Source: a virus | Direction: 5' to 3' (one strand) | DNA: 64,000 bases | IMG/VR virus record: IMGVR_UViG_3300008107_000033 | Span: 1 to 64,000 of that record | In this document: positions 9,430-18,926 of the stretch, in pieces | Position numbering within the stretch: the first letter of the stretch is position 1 | Layout: the number at the start of each line of letters is the position of its first letter | The notes under the pieces: model-generated | What the model saw: the letters and a program-made list of their open reading frames with translations, nothing else | Told to the model about the DNA's origin: nothing | The model's database searches: none | Program-made: the position numbers and the translations under genes

Positions 9430-9710
9430 GCTACAATGCAATTGAAGACTTAAAATATATAGATAGACAAATTAGCTTCTATTTATACTGTGTTGGCTTA
9501 GATGGCTCTATTGCAAATGCCTATAGTATAGATGAAATCATAACAGCAACTAGATCTATAACCATAGCCCCAATAGATGATGTTGAATCTGGTAAGTTAA
9601 ATTTAGGCCAAGATCCTTCTTATTTATATTTAAAGAATCAAAGAATTTCTCTAATAGGAAACATAAGAAGATTGTGGCACATGCGTCAAATTGCGATTGG
9701 AACAATTTAA
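9426..9710 (+). CDS. Small protein, cassette gene C (paralogue of 14679-14960)
   Basis: YNAIEDLK...YLKNQRISLIGNIRRLW versus YDAEADLK...YIKKQNISLSRGIRRAW. Confidence 0.7.
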   Translation: MSYNAIEDLKYIDRQISFYLYCVGLDGSIANAYSIDEIITATRSITIAPIDDVESGKLNLGQDPSYLYLKNQRISLIGNIRRLWHMRQIAIGTI

Positions 9711-9711
9711 T

Positions 9712-10416
9712 ATGATGTATGAAAAAGATTATTTTGACAATTTAGCAAGATTGATTAAATATACAGATGTTGAATCCATTGAAGATTCAATGCAAAAAAG
9801 TAAAAATGTTAAGTCGTATTTAGATACATTGTCTCTTGACAAGAGAAAAGTTGCAGCAGGAATGGATTTTTTAATTTGGTATTTTGATGTATTTAGTCAA
9901 GAAAGTCATTTTTGGAATACCAATCAAGCCTATTATTATGCCGCAAATACTCATGAGTTTGGCTTTTTAACGGCCAACCCTAAAACCTCTCTTATGACAC
10001 TTCCAGCATTCAATACGGGATTGGCTAGATTAATGCAGAAGAAATCAGAACTAACTTTATTAAATAATTATCAATTAAATTTATTTGAAAAAATAATAAA
10101 AAAAGATAATGAAAACTGGAATTATAATATAATCTCAATGCAAGATATAGAGTCTGAAAAAGGTGGAAAATATGATTTTATATGCATGAGCATACATGAC
10201 GTATTGCACGATCCTGAGGTAGTTATTAAATTTTACAATATGTTAAATAAAAATGGGACAATAATGATGTTGTATACTGGTACGGATTCTTTGTATAAGG
10301 ATGAGTCTGTTTTTACCGATTTTTACGAAGTGCATGAATATCTTAAAAATATAGAAAATTCTTGCGTATATCATAACCCAACTGGCGCTGCTGTTACATA
10401 TGCAGTAAAATTGTAA
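9712..10416 (+). CDS. Divergent class I methyltransferase-like protein, cassette gene D
   Basis: YDFICM...MLNKNGTIMM resembles Rossmann MTase motifs, but there is no clear GxGxG; paralogue of 14950-15684; start moved to ATG 9712. Confidence 0.55.
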   Translation: MMYEKDYFDNLARLIKYTDVESIEDSMQKSKNVKSYLDTLSLDKRKVAAGMDFLIWYFDVFSQESHFWNTNQAYYYAANTHEFGFLTANPKTSLMTLPAFNTGLARLMQKKSELTLLNNYQLNLFEKIIKKDNENWNYNIISMQDIESEKGGKYDFICMSIHDVLHDPEVVIKFYNMLNKNGTIMMLYTGTDSLYKDESVFTDFYEVHEYLKNIENSCVYHNPTGAAVTYAVKL

Positions 10417-10429
10417 TACTATATATATT

Positions 10430-11107
10430 ATGATTGTTTTGGATAATTTTATAAAAGATCAAATTTTACTAGATGAAATTAAACATACCAAAGACTTCTT
10501 CCCAGAGTCAATGGGGGACGAAGAGCGCATCGCAACCGTTTTAAATGGTTATCATGATGAACTATGCGATTGCTTTGCGCCATATATGTTTTGGGATGGC
10601 TGGCACAAATCAGACACAAATACTCCAAGGAAAAGATTAATTAAAGCAATTTGGGAAAATAATCTACCTTTTCCAATTGAAGAATTATGTGGATTTGAAT
10701 ATTGGACTAGAACTTTTAAGCCAGGACAATTCTTAGATGTTCACGTAGATGAAGATACTTTTTTATACGCAGACACCAAGGTTTTTAGGGGCCCAAAGAT
10801 CGGCTGCGTATATTATCCAAGTACAAACGATGTTGTTGGTGGTTTTCTAGAACTTCATCCCAAAGCCATAATCGAAGACACTTATAATGCGCTTGAGAAA
10901 GAAAATATGGACCCTCTAATTGCGCCAGTTGAAATGAGGGAAAGAATAGCTTGCTTGCCGAATAGGTTAATCATTTTCGATGCCGGTCACATCATACATA
11001 ATACAACTCCTCCTATTAGTGGTGTTAGAAGGGTTGTTGTTATTAATGTTTGGCATAAAGATAGCCCACCCTCTGCACTGGCAACTGGAAAATTTTATTA
11101 TGAATAA
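10430..11107 (+). CDS. 2OG-Fe(II) dioxygenase
   Basis: EYW...LDVHVDED, GGFLE, NRLIIFD..HIIH...R...INVW. Confidence 0.85.
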   Translation: MIVLDNFIKDQILLDEIKHTKDFFPESMGDEERIATVLNGYHDELCDCFAPYMFWDGWHKSDTNTPRKRLIKAIWENNLPFPIEELCGFEYWTRTFKPGQFLDVHVDEDTFLYADTKVFRGPKIGCVYYPSTNDVVGGFLELHPKAIIEDTYNALEKENMDPLIAPVEMRERIACLPNRLIIFDAGHIIHNTTPPISGVRRVVVINVWHKDSPPSALATGKFYYE

Positions 11108-11708
11108 TTTAAAAGTTGTTAATTTATTTTCATTAAATGTATATACATCTTATTTAGAAAATATAAATAATGATATTATTTTAAATGAAATTAAAGAACA
11201 TTCTGGTTCCATACCAAATGTAAAAGATCCTTACCCAGCGCATACATTTTATGAGGACAGAACATTTCCATTTGAAAAATCTGAATGCAAAAAGTTATTT
11301 AAGGAAATAGAAAAAGCAGTAAGTTTTACTATTGATAGAGAAATGAAAATAGATTCTATATGGACTTTATCGCTAGAAGAGGGTCAATCAGTAACTGCGC
11401 ATACTCACAAGATTAATACTCATTTGTATCCAGAAGAGTATTTTTCTGTCTCGTATTATATAAATGCACCAAAAAATAGCGCAGATTTAATCTTTACTAC
11501 GTCACACTGTAATTCAATTGAAACATCAACTGCAATTACTCCAGAAACAGGAATGTTAGTTATATTTAATTCTTATATAAACCACATGACCAATAGACAT
11601 TATAACAAAGAACAAAGAGTTGTTGTTAGCGCAAATCTGAGCCCAGTAAACCGAAATGTTTTAGAAAATCCAGATTGGTCAGCATATACAGTGCCAAAGA
11701 ACTATTAA
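11100..11708 (+). CDS. Putative 2OG-Fe(II) oxygenase (HxH type)
   Basis: W......G.....HTH, SVSYYI, PETGMLVIFNSYINHMT...R.VVSAN; start moved to ATG 11100, which overlaps the previous stop. Confidence 0.8.
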   Translation: MNNLKVVNLFSLNVYTSYLENINNDIILNEIKEHSGSIPNVKDPYPAHTFYEDRTFPFEKSECKKLFKEIEKAVSFTIDREMKIDSIWTLSLEEGQSVTAHTHKINTHLYPEEYFSVSYYINAPKNSADLIFTTSHCNSIETSTAITPETGMLVIFNSYINHMTNRHYNKEQRVVVSANLSPVNRNVLENPDWSAYTVPKNY

Positions 11709-11721
11709 TTAAAGAGGAAAA

Positions 11722-12831
11722 ATGACAGTTACAAAAGATACCTATAAAGAATTTGTTGGAAATATAAAAGTTAATGATATAGATCCGATTATTAATGCTC
11801 CAGAAGTTGATTTTAACGCTGTTGATCATGTTGTTAAAAATAATAGTGACGTTATTTTTACTTGGGATTATTCACTTGTTAGAACTCAACTAAGAAAACT
11901 TTATGAAAAGGCTAAGAATAATCAATGGAATGGAGAGACTGCTCTTGACTGGTCTGTAAATGTAGATGTTGAGAAATCAGTAATTGAGGACTATTCTAAC
12001 TTTGGATCAAGCAGAGAAATGTCAGTATACAAGGGTAGTCCAGTTGAAAAGTGGGGAGACAAAGAGTGGTTGCAATTTGGCGTTGAAAGCAGAAAGTGGA
12101 TGATATCTCAATTCATACACGGAGAACAAGGTGCTCTAATATGTTCAGCAAAACTAACTCAAACATGCCCCTGGTATGACGGAAAACTGTATGCATCAAC
12201 TCAGGTGGTAGATGAGGCAAGACACATAGAGGTATTCGCTAAGTATGCAAATGAAAAATTGGGAGGAACACTTCCTTTTAATTGGCATATTCAAAGTTTA
12301 ATTGACGACACCATTGCTGATAATCGTTGGGATATGACTTATCTAGGTATGCAAATTATGGTTGAAGGTCTGGGGCTTGCATCAATGGCATATATGCGTG
12401 AACTGACAAATGAGCCTCTTCTAAAACAATTATTGCGCAATGTTATGGCAGACGAAGCTCGACACATATCATTTGGTGTTATTTCGCTAAAGGAAATATA
12501 CGCAGAGATGACAGATGTTGAAATAATGGAGCGTCAACAGTTTGCATATGAAGCAAGTATTAAGCTTGGAGAAAGAATGCTACAGCAAGAAGTATATGAG
12601 AAAATGGGTGTTAAGACAAAAGATATTGCTCCATTCTTACTCAATGATCCAGCACAAGCTTGGATACGAAAAATGCTTGCAGCAAAAATAGTTCCAAATG
12701 TTAGCAAACTTGGGTTGCTAGATAGAAACGGAGCATGGTTGAGAAGAAAGTTTGAAGAAATGGGAACTATAGAATTTGAAAATCTTGGAGATACAGAAGA
12801 AGAATTCTCAGCTTTTATTCACAGTTACTAA
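11722..12831 (+). CDS. Ferritin-like diiron oxygenase (AurF/N-oxygenase-like)
   Basis: HGEQGAL, DEARH twice and VEGLGL give the E...ExxH x2 diiron ligand pattern; LYEKAK..QW N-terminal motif; GAGG SD. Confidence 0.82.
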   Translation: MTVTKDTYKEFVGNIKVNDIDPIINAPEVDFNAVDHVVKNNSDVIFTWDYSLVRTQLRKLYEKAKNNQWNGETALDWSVNVDVEKSVIEDYSNFGSSREMSVYKGSPVEKWGDKEWLQFGVESRKWMISQFIHGEQGALICSAKLTQTCPWYDGKLYASTQVVDEARHIEVFAKYANEKLGGTLPFNWHIQSLIDDTIADNRWDMTYLGMQIMVEGLGLASMAYMRELTNEPLLKQLLRNVMADEARHISFGVISLKEIYAEMTDVEIMERQQFAYEASIKLGERMLQQEVYEKMGVKTKDIAPFLLNDPAQAWIRKMLAAKIVPNVSKLGLLDRNGAWLRRKFEEMGTIEFENLGDTEEEFSAFIHSY

Positions 12832-12832
12832 T

Positions 12833-13480
12833 ATGAAAACTCCTGATGATTTTAAAATAAATACAGTCTATTCTTATAATAGTCCAAATGATTTAAAGAA
12901 TTATTATAATGATTGGGCTCATGAATACGATGATTATACTAATCAGGTAAGTTATATCCTTCCACAAAAAGTGATTGAAATATTTTGTATGTATCAATTA
13001 AATCATAATTCTACGGTTTTAGATATTGGTTGTGGAACTGGATTAGCTGGTTATTTATTGGGAAAAATAAAACAAAATCTGTGGATAGAGGGAATAGATA
13101 TATCTGGATCAATGATTCAGATAGCAGCAAAAAAAATTAAACCAAATTTTAAGCCAACATATGATTGGATGATTGTTGAAGATTTTAAAAAGAATAAACT
13201 TCTACTAGAAAATCATTATGATGGAATTATAAGTGCTGGTACATTTACTCTCGGTCATTTGGATTCTAATGATTTAATAGATTCAATAAAATATTTAAAG
13301 AAAAATGGACTAGCAGTTATTAGCATAAAAGAAGATCACTTCATTGAAAATAATTTCAATGAAAAAATATCTCAAGCAAAAAGAAATTCTTTAATAAAAG
13401 ATGTAGAATATTTTAAGGTAAATTCTTATGATTCTTCTTTTTCAGCAGAATCAATAATAGTTAAGTTTTTAAGAGGGTAA
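12833..13480 (+). CDS. Class I SAM-dependent methyltransferase
   Basis: YNDWAHEYD, VLDIGCGTGLAG, GIDIS..M, YDGIISAGTF..GH; start moved to ATG 12833. Confidence 0.9.
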   Translation: MKTPDDFKINTVYSYNSPNDLKNYYNDWAHEYDDYTNQVSYILPQKVIEIFCMYQLNHNSTVLDIGCGTGLAGYLLGKIKQNLWIEGIDISGSMIQIAAKKIKPNFKPTYDWMIVEDFKKNKLLLENHYDGIISAGTFTLGHLDSNDLIDSIKYLKKNGLAVISIKEDHFIENNFNEKISQAKRNSLIKDVEYFKVNSYDSSFSAESIIVKFLRG

Positions 13481-13481
13481 T

Positions 13482-14261
13482 GTGCTAGAAGATTTAATGA
13501 AAATAAACGCTCCAAGAATATCTATATTTACTGACTTTCTTTCAAAAGAGGATTCAGAAATTATAAAGAAGTACTGCAGAGATAATAAAGATAATTTTCC
13601 ATTTGTTGGTTATGATTCCCCAATAAGATGGAAGGTCGAAGAGCATTCAAAATATCCAGAACTTAAATATGTAAAATCATTTCTTATCAGTGAAGAAGAA
13701 TATGAATTATATGTAAATGGAAAAATACCAGAACCTTATCCAAATGACAGTAAGCATGGTGATAATTATAATATATCAATGAAAGTTTTTGATGAAAGAG
13801 ATAAGCATCAAAAGTCTCCAGAAGAAAAATACACATCTTTGATACATTATGAAAAGTGGCCAAATGATGTATTGCAAAGTGCAACCTTTGATGCTTTAAC
13901 TAAATATTTAAATGGTGTTGTTAAGATTGTAAAGGATATTTATAACGTAGATTGTTTTAGCGAAAGTGGTCCATGGATTGCAGTTGCAAAAGAAGGTGGA
14001 TATATGAATATGCATTGTGACGGAACATTCATACACAACAGAGATGCTGTTACTCATTTTTCTTCAGTATATTATATAAATGATGACTATGAAGGTGGAG
14101 AGTTTAATATGCCGCTTATGGGTTTCAATCTTAAACCAAAAGAAAATTCTCTTCTTTTATTTACACATTCTTCACACGAAGACATGGCGCATGAAGTGAC
14201 TCCCGTTATTTCTGGTGATCGTTTTGTATCTCAGGGCTTCTTTGCGGTAAAGAAAGCATGA
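13482..14261 (+). CDS. 2OG-Fe(II) dioxygenase, prolyl 4-hydroxylase-like
   Basis: MHCD, YYINDDYEGGEF, AHEVTPVISGDRF. Confidence 0.88.
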   Translation: MLEDLMKINAPRISIFTDFLSKEDSEIIKKYCRDNKDNFPFVGYDSPIRWKVEEHSKYPELKYVKSFLISEEEYELYVNGKIPEPYPNDSKHGDNYNISMKVFDERDKHQKSPEEKYTSLIHYEKWPNDVLQSATFDALTKYLNGVVKIVKDIYNVDCFSESGPWIAVAKEGGYMNMHCDGTFIHNRDAVTHFSSVYYINDDYEGGEFNMPLMGFNLKPKENSLLLFTHSSHEDMAHEVTPVISGDRFVSQGFFAVKKA

Positions 14262-14286
14262 TACACTTATAGTTAAAGGAGAAAAT

Positions 14287-14502
14287 ATGCAATTAGGTCA
14301 ATACGATATTGATAGAGCAAAGTCACAAGCTAAATCTTATTTAGAGAAATCAATAACCACACTTTCTGCTATTCTTGGTATAGATGCAAACGATATTGAT
14401 TTAAAAAAAGCAAACCCATATCCAGAAGGAAGTCATTTGCACGCAGCTTACATTTGTTTATCTAATGAGATAAAAGCTTATAATAAACTTATTGGAGAAT
14501 AG
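14287..14502 (+). CDS. Small helical protein, cassette gene A'
   Basis: AAGGAG SD; homologous to 9000-9221. Confidence 0.7.
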   Translation: MQLGQYDIDRAKSQAKSYLEKSITTLSAILGIDANDIDLKKANPYPEGSHLHAAYICLSNEIKAYNKLIGE

Positions 14503-14503
14503 C

Positions 14504-14695
14504 ATGAGTGACATTGAAGATTTTGATTGGTCAAAAAGAGAAGGCGAATCTATAACAGATGTTCCAGATTGGGATAATGAAACAATAGAGTGGGATTCTT
14601 CTACTGGTATTTATTACGTAGCAGGAAAGCCTGTTAGTATGTGTCAAGGTGTAGCAATGTTTAAGGATGAAGAAAAAAATGACGACAAAGTATGA
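14504..14695 (+). CDS. Small acidic Trp-rich protein, cassette gene B'
   Basis: GGAG SD before ATG 14504; positional equivalent of 9223-9429. Confidence 0.6.
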   Translation: MSDIEDFDWSKREGESITDVPDWDNETIEWDSSTGIYYVAGKPVSMCQGVAMFKDEEKNDDKV

Positions 14696-14960
14696 TGCTG
14701 AAGCAGATTTAAAAATTAGATCTCAGCATCTAGCTTCTTTTATGTATATACTCGGAATAGATGAAGAAGATTTTTTAAAAACTACAATAGACGATCTCAT
14801 CTTATTGATTAGAGAAAGATACGCCTATGACCACGACATATCATTAGATATAGCTTCAAAAGAATATATAAAAAAACAAAATATATCTTTGTCTAGAGGC
14901 ATAAGAAGAGCCTGGTTTGATATCCAGTTTGCAACCTATGAGGTCAATAATGTCAAGTGA
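14679..14960 (+). CDS. Small protein, cassette gene C'
   Basis: Homologous to 9426-9710; the start is either 14667 or 14679. Confidence 0.7.
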   Translation: MTTKYDAEADLKIRSQHLASFMYILGIDEEDFLKTTIDDLILLIRERYAYDHDISLDIASKEYIKKQNISLSRGIRRAWFDIQFATYEVNNVK

Positions 14961-15684
14961 TAAAAGATATGAGCCGCAGATGTCTTTTGATTATACGAAA
15001 TGGGTATATGATTGGAAGGAATTTGCTCGCAAATCAACAAAAGAAGATGGCCCTGAGTCAGTAGCTATATCTAATTATCTTTTTAATGTTGTTGGCATAG
15101 ATAAAAGAAATATAGCCACTGGTGGGGCAAGTGACTATGAGTTCGTGATTCATTACCCAAGACCAGCACTGGCTGATTCTTACGGTCAATCTCAATGGAT
15201 GCCCATACTGCTTATTCAGGCTTTAATGGACATTAGTCCAAAGAAACGTATACTTGCACTTTCTGGTGGTCTTGATCGTTTTAGGCTAAAGCCATTTCAG
15301 GAAATATATAATTCACAAATTTATTTTTTAAATAATAAAAAATTGTCATTATATGAAAAATTTCAGTACGAAAATGCTCCTATAGAGTATGGAGTATTGA
15401 CCCAGCAATACTTGGAAAGTAACTATAACTTTACTTTTGACCTAATAATAGGTTGGTCTCAAGATATGGAGAATCCATTTATTCCAGTAGATTTGTATTT
15501 AGATAGACTGGAAAAAGGTGGTATTTTAATTATTCAAAATAGTTCTGACAGTGTTTTTCTGTATCAAAATGACACACAAGCATCCCCGGTATGGCAATAT
15601 CACCAGGATATAAAGTCAAGAGACGACTGCCATATGTATCACATTCCACTTTTTTATGGCATAACAATTGTTGTAAAGCAGTAA
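14950..15684 (+). CDS. Divergent methyltransferase-like protein, cassette gene D'
   Basis: IDKRNIATG versus LDKRKVAAG; FDLII...LEKGGILII; YHIP...IT.VVK versus YHNP...VT.AVK; GAGG SD before ATG 14950. Confidence 0.55.
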   Translation: MSSDKRYEPQMSFDYTKWVYDWKEFARKSTKEDGPESVAISNYLFNVVGIDKRNIATGGASDYEFVIHYPRPALADSYGQSQWMPILLIQALMDISPKKRILALSGGLDRFRLKPFQEIYNSQIYFLNNKKLSLYEKFQYENAPIEYGVLTQQYLESNYNFTFDLIIGWSQDMENPFIPVDLYLDRLEKGGILIIQNSSDSVFLYQNDTQASPVWQYHQDIKSRDDCHMYHIPLFYGITIVVKQ

Positions 15685-15694
15685 ATTAAAACCA

Positions 15695-15702
15695 TTACTA
15701 TA
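15695..15702 (+). promoter_or_regulatory. Candidate late-promoter motif TTACTATA
   Basis: Intergenic, at the start of the structural block. Confidence 0.45.
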
Positions 15703-15727
15703 TAGCGTAGCTTAACCCTGGAGAGCC

Positions 15728-16015
15728 ATGTTATATAATACAAATATTACCTATAATAATCCAAATTATTTATATAATGGAACTTTAATAATTACGGCAC
15801 AAAGCCTTGTATCTCCAATTATATTAAATAATATAACAGTATTATACTCATTAAATGAAGATTACTCAAACTATACAACAATAGGGGTAGTCAGCATGGA
15901 TGTAAGTCCAAGCGGAATTTTAACTCTTGAAGTATTAGATAATGACGTATCAGCAATATCTTCGGCTCAAGTAATAGCAATAGGGCCATCTGGGGAAGTA
16001 TCCATAGTTAGCTAA
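15728..16015 (+). CDS. Hypothetical virion protein
   Basis: GGAG SD; YN-repeat N-terminus. Confidence 0.6.
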   Translation: MLYNTNITYNNPNYLYNGTLIITAQSLVSPIILNNITVLYSLNEDYSNYTTIGVVSMDVSPSGILTLEVLDNDVSAISSAQVIAIGPSGEVSIVS

Positions 16016-16061
16016 AACAAGCTACTATAACTGACAAATTGTAAGTTTTATTGGAGAAAAA

Positions 16062-16961
16062 ATGACTATTAACAACGTGCTTGTTTATGATACTGTAAGA
16101 ATTAAAGTTAAATTTATTGACATTAATGCTTCCACTGGTGAACAAGTTTCTGTTAGTCCAGATTCTGTAACTGTTCAAATTAAAAAAGCTGATGAAACTG
16201 TGGTTGTTGCTACTACTCCAACAGCTCTAACAAGCTCAGAATACTACTATGATTTTAGACCTACTGACGCCGATACATACAGTATTAAATTTGTTGGTTA
16301 TATGCCTAACGGCACAACTATTACTGTTAATCAACAACTTTATGTAAGTACGTCAACAGATGAATATAAGCCACTTATAACACTTAAGGCTGACGAGGTA
16401 ATGACATTTGCACCAGATGTTAGCCCCTTATATCTCAGTCCAGAAGAAATATTACCTTTATTTCCAGAAGCATCTCTCATAGAAATAGGGGAACTAATAC
16501 ACTTTCACTCACTAGAAGTTGAAGCTATTTATGGAATAAAGTCTACATATGAAGCTGGAAAATTGGCATACGCAGCAATCGAGTACATTAAGGCAGCCGT
16601 AGCTTGCGATCTAAGTAGAATGTACAATTATGGTGGAGATGATGACGTTTCTGTAACTCTGGCAGATCTAACAGTTACAGCAAGAAATTTCCCAAGAACA
16701 ATAACGTCAAGAGGTAATGCTGTTACCTGGTGTCAAATTGCAGCCTCTCTAAGACAAGAAATGTTGGCAATGAAGACTGGTCCAAGAGGAATACAGCCAA
16801 AGGGTCTTCCTTCTTTGGAAATATCAAATCCTGGAAGATTTGTTGACCCAGATACATATAGAGATGTTTGGCTTACTGACAGAGATCTTTATGGAGCCAG
16901 TAGAAGATCAGCACTAAAAACAGACCCAATGCCAGACAGAAGTATTCGCGGATATGATTAA
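16062..16961 (+). CDS. Putative head-tail adaptor/neck protein with an N-terminal Ig-like domain
   Basis: Beta-rich N-terminus and helical C-terminus (KAAVACDL...VTLADLTV); position before closure/sheath genes. Confidence 0.5.
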   Translation: MTINNVLVYDTVRIKVKFIDINASTGEQVSVSPDSVTVQIKKADETVVVATTPTALTSSEYYYDFRPTDADTYSIKFVGYMPNGTTITVNQQLYVSTSTDEYKPLITLKADEVMTFAPDVSPLYLSPEEILPLFPEASLIEIGELIHFHSLEVEAIYGIKSTYEAGKLAYAAIEYIKAAVACDLSRMYNYGGDDDVSVTLADLTVTARNFPRTITSRGNAVTWCQIAASLRQEMLAMKTGPRGIQPKGLPSLEISNPGRFVDPDTYRDVWLTDRDLYGASRRSALKTDPMPDRSIRGYD

Positions 16962-17328
16962 TCTTGAAAGATCCTTTAAAAAGATATTAAAAGAATGGGG
17001 TCATGACGTATATATCCAAAGGATAATGCCCAATGGAAACTATAGGGATACTCTAGAAAGAGTCACTACAAGAAATGTATTTTCTTCTGGATCAATAAAT
17101 GCAAAAAGTGCACAGGAGCAGATGGAAGGAATTGCAGTTAATTCAGAGGTTGTATATTATTTTGAATCAGAAATAAACCCACAAGAAGGCGATAGAATAT
17201 ATGAAAATTTACCTAATGCTTTTGAAAAACAAACAATCTATTTAATAGATACTTGTTCGCCAAGACGCGGTAAAGGTGGTAAAATCATATTCTGGGTAGT
17301 TGGTGCAACAAAAGAAAAACAGGTCTAA
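16954..17328 (+). CDS. Putative head-closure/neck protein
   Basis: 124 aa; EWGHDVYIQR, P.EGDRIYE and RGKGGKI.FW pattern; position. Confidence 0.5.
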   Translation: MINLERSFKKILKEWGHDVYIQRIMPNGNYRDTLERVTTRNVFSSGSINAKSAQEQMEGIAVNSEVVYYFESEINPQEGDRIYENLPNAFEKQTIYLIDTCSPRRGKGGKIIFWVVGATKEKQV

Positions 17329-17329
17329 C

Positions 17330-18925
17330 GTGTTAGTTGTAAAAAGAAGTCAATCATTAAAAATTAAATTTTTATTTGTTGATTTAGGTGAAATTTATGA
17401 TCCAACACAGTTGGCTACACCAATAGATGTAACCGTTTCTGTCGTAAGAGGTGATAGTAGATTTTCTTCAATAATTAGAAATCCAATCTCATACCTTTAT
17501 ACAAACGCAACTCCAGACCCCAATGCTTATATAGAAAGAACTAATAACTCTGAATTTATATTTAACTATACAGTTCCACAAGGAACGTATCCGGGTCTAT
17601 ATACTGCAGTCGCTAAGACTGTTAAAGACAATTCTGAAATTATAATAGAATCTAGATTTGAAGTAAAGGAACAGGCGTATGAGCCACTTCCTACCGTACC
17701 GATGGGCAACAAATCAAGCGTAGTTACGTATAAGCCTTCTTATGAAGATATAAGTTTTTCAAATATGCAGACGCTCCTTTTAATAGGACATGCTGATGGA
17801 ATTGAATTAAATAGCCCAATAAAGATAAGGTCTGTTCAACATGCAGTTGAATTATTAAATGGAGATATGAGTAGCCCCCTTTTAAGGGGAGTTTTTGATG
17901 CGTATGACGCTGGTGCTAGAAATATACTAATATGTGCTGCGGCTCCAATGACAGAGTATGTAGAAGATATAGATAAAAGGTTAGTATCTTCAACATATAT
18001 TGATTATCTATCTGCAACTCCAACTTCTAAAACTTTTTATGAAAGATATTACCAAAGGTTATCTGTAACTTATTCGGTATTAAATGTCCTTGATTTTATT
18101 GACGTTATAGTTCCTTTGGAGGTTTCCATAATAAAGACTGGTGGAATAGATTTTGTTTCACAATTAGCAGATTATTGCGATGACTTTCATAATGAAACTG
18201 GATATGTACAAATTGGAGTTATTGGATCAAGAACAAATGGGATAACATCTTCAGATATAACTGAAATTGAAAATAATGAAAATTTATCAGATAAATTTAC
18301 AATTTACAGTATAGATGGAGACGTTACATCTGATTCTGGAAGGTATGTTGTTCCAGTTTATGGTGAAGCTTTATTCTCTCACGCACAATTAGATTTTACA
18401 TACATCAACTCAGTATCTGCTGCTGTAGCTGGACTTATAGTTTCTAATCCATTGAATTTTGGTTTGATCAGAAAAAGAATACCTGGAGCAATGTCAGTAT
18501 ATGGATCAAATTTAAATTCTTTGGAAATGAATAGACTTGATGACATAGGAATAAACACAATATACAGAAGCAATAAGGCAAGAAGAGCTCAACCCTATGA
18601 GGTATATCTAACTAATGACTATACTATGGCAAGTATGAATTCAATTTTTTCAAAACTACCACAAATGAGACTAGCTTCGTATCTATCTAGTTCAGTAAAA
18701 GGATTTGGTTACGATTCTATAGGTAAATTTGGCTATGACAAAGTAATCAATAACACATCTGAACTACTTAAAAGACTAAAAAAAGATAAGGTAATAGTTG
18801 ATTATGAATTCAATGCAAAACCATCAAGTTCAGAACCTGGGGTAATTTTATTATATATAAATATAATTTCTTCATTAGGGTTAAAAAAAATAAATCTATC
18901 ATTAGCAGCAGGGCCGGGAGCATAG
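17330..18925 (+). CDS. Tail sheath-like protein (second paralogue) with an N-terminal Ig-like extension
   Basis: C-terminus LDDIGINTI...DYT...FSKLPQMRL...IVDYEF...LKKINLSL parallels sheath ORF 19838; probable GTG start at 17330. Confidence 0.65.
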   Translation: MLVVKRSQSLKIKFLFVDLGEIYDPTQLATPIDVTVSVVRGDSRFSSIIRNPISYLYTNATPDPNAYIERTNNSEFIFNYTVPQGTYPGLYTAVAKTVKDNSEIIIESRFEVKEQAYEPLPTVPMGNKSSVVTYKPSYEDISFSNMQTLLLIGHADGIELNSPIKIRSVQHAVELLNGDMSSPLLRGVFDAYDAGARNILICAAAPMTEYVEDIDKRLVSSTYIDYLSATPTSKTFYERYYQRLSVTYSVLNVLDFIDVIVPLEVSIIKTGGIDFVSQLADYCDDFHNETGYVQIGVIGSRTNGITSSDITEIENNENLSDKFTIYSIDGDVTSDSGRYVVPVYGEALFSHAQLDFTYINSVSAAVAGLIVSNPLNFGLIRKRIPGAMSVYGSNLNSLEMNRLDDIGINTIYRSNKARRAQPYEVYLTNDYTMASMNSIFSKLPQMRLASYLSSSVKGFGYDSIGKFGYDKVINNTSELLKRLKKDKVIVDYEFNAKPSSSEPGVILLYINIISSLGLKKINLSLAAGPGA

Positions 18926-18926
18926 T

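Noticed and set aside
9691-17330. Long overlaps in the ORF track (9691, 10980, 12776, 14492, 14917, 17300) as further frameshifts
   Set aside because: Each is explained by a downstream start coupled to the previous stop; none contains an in-frame CGG.
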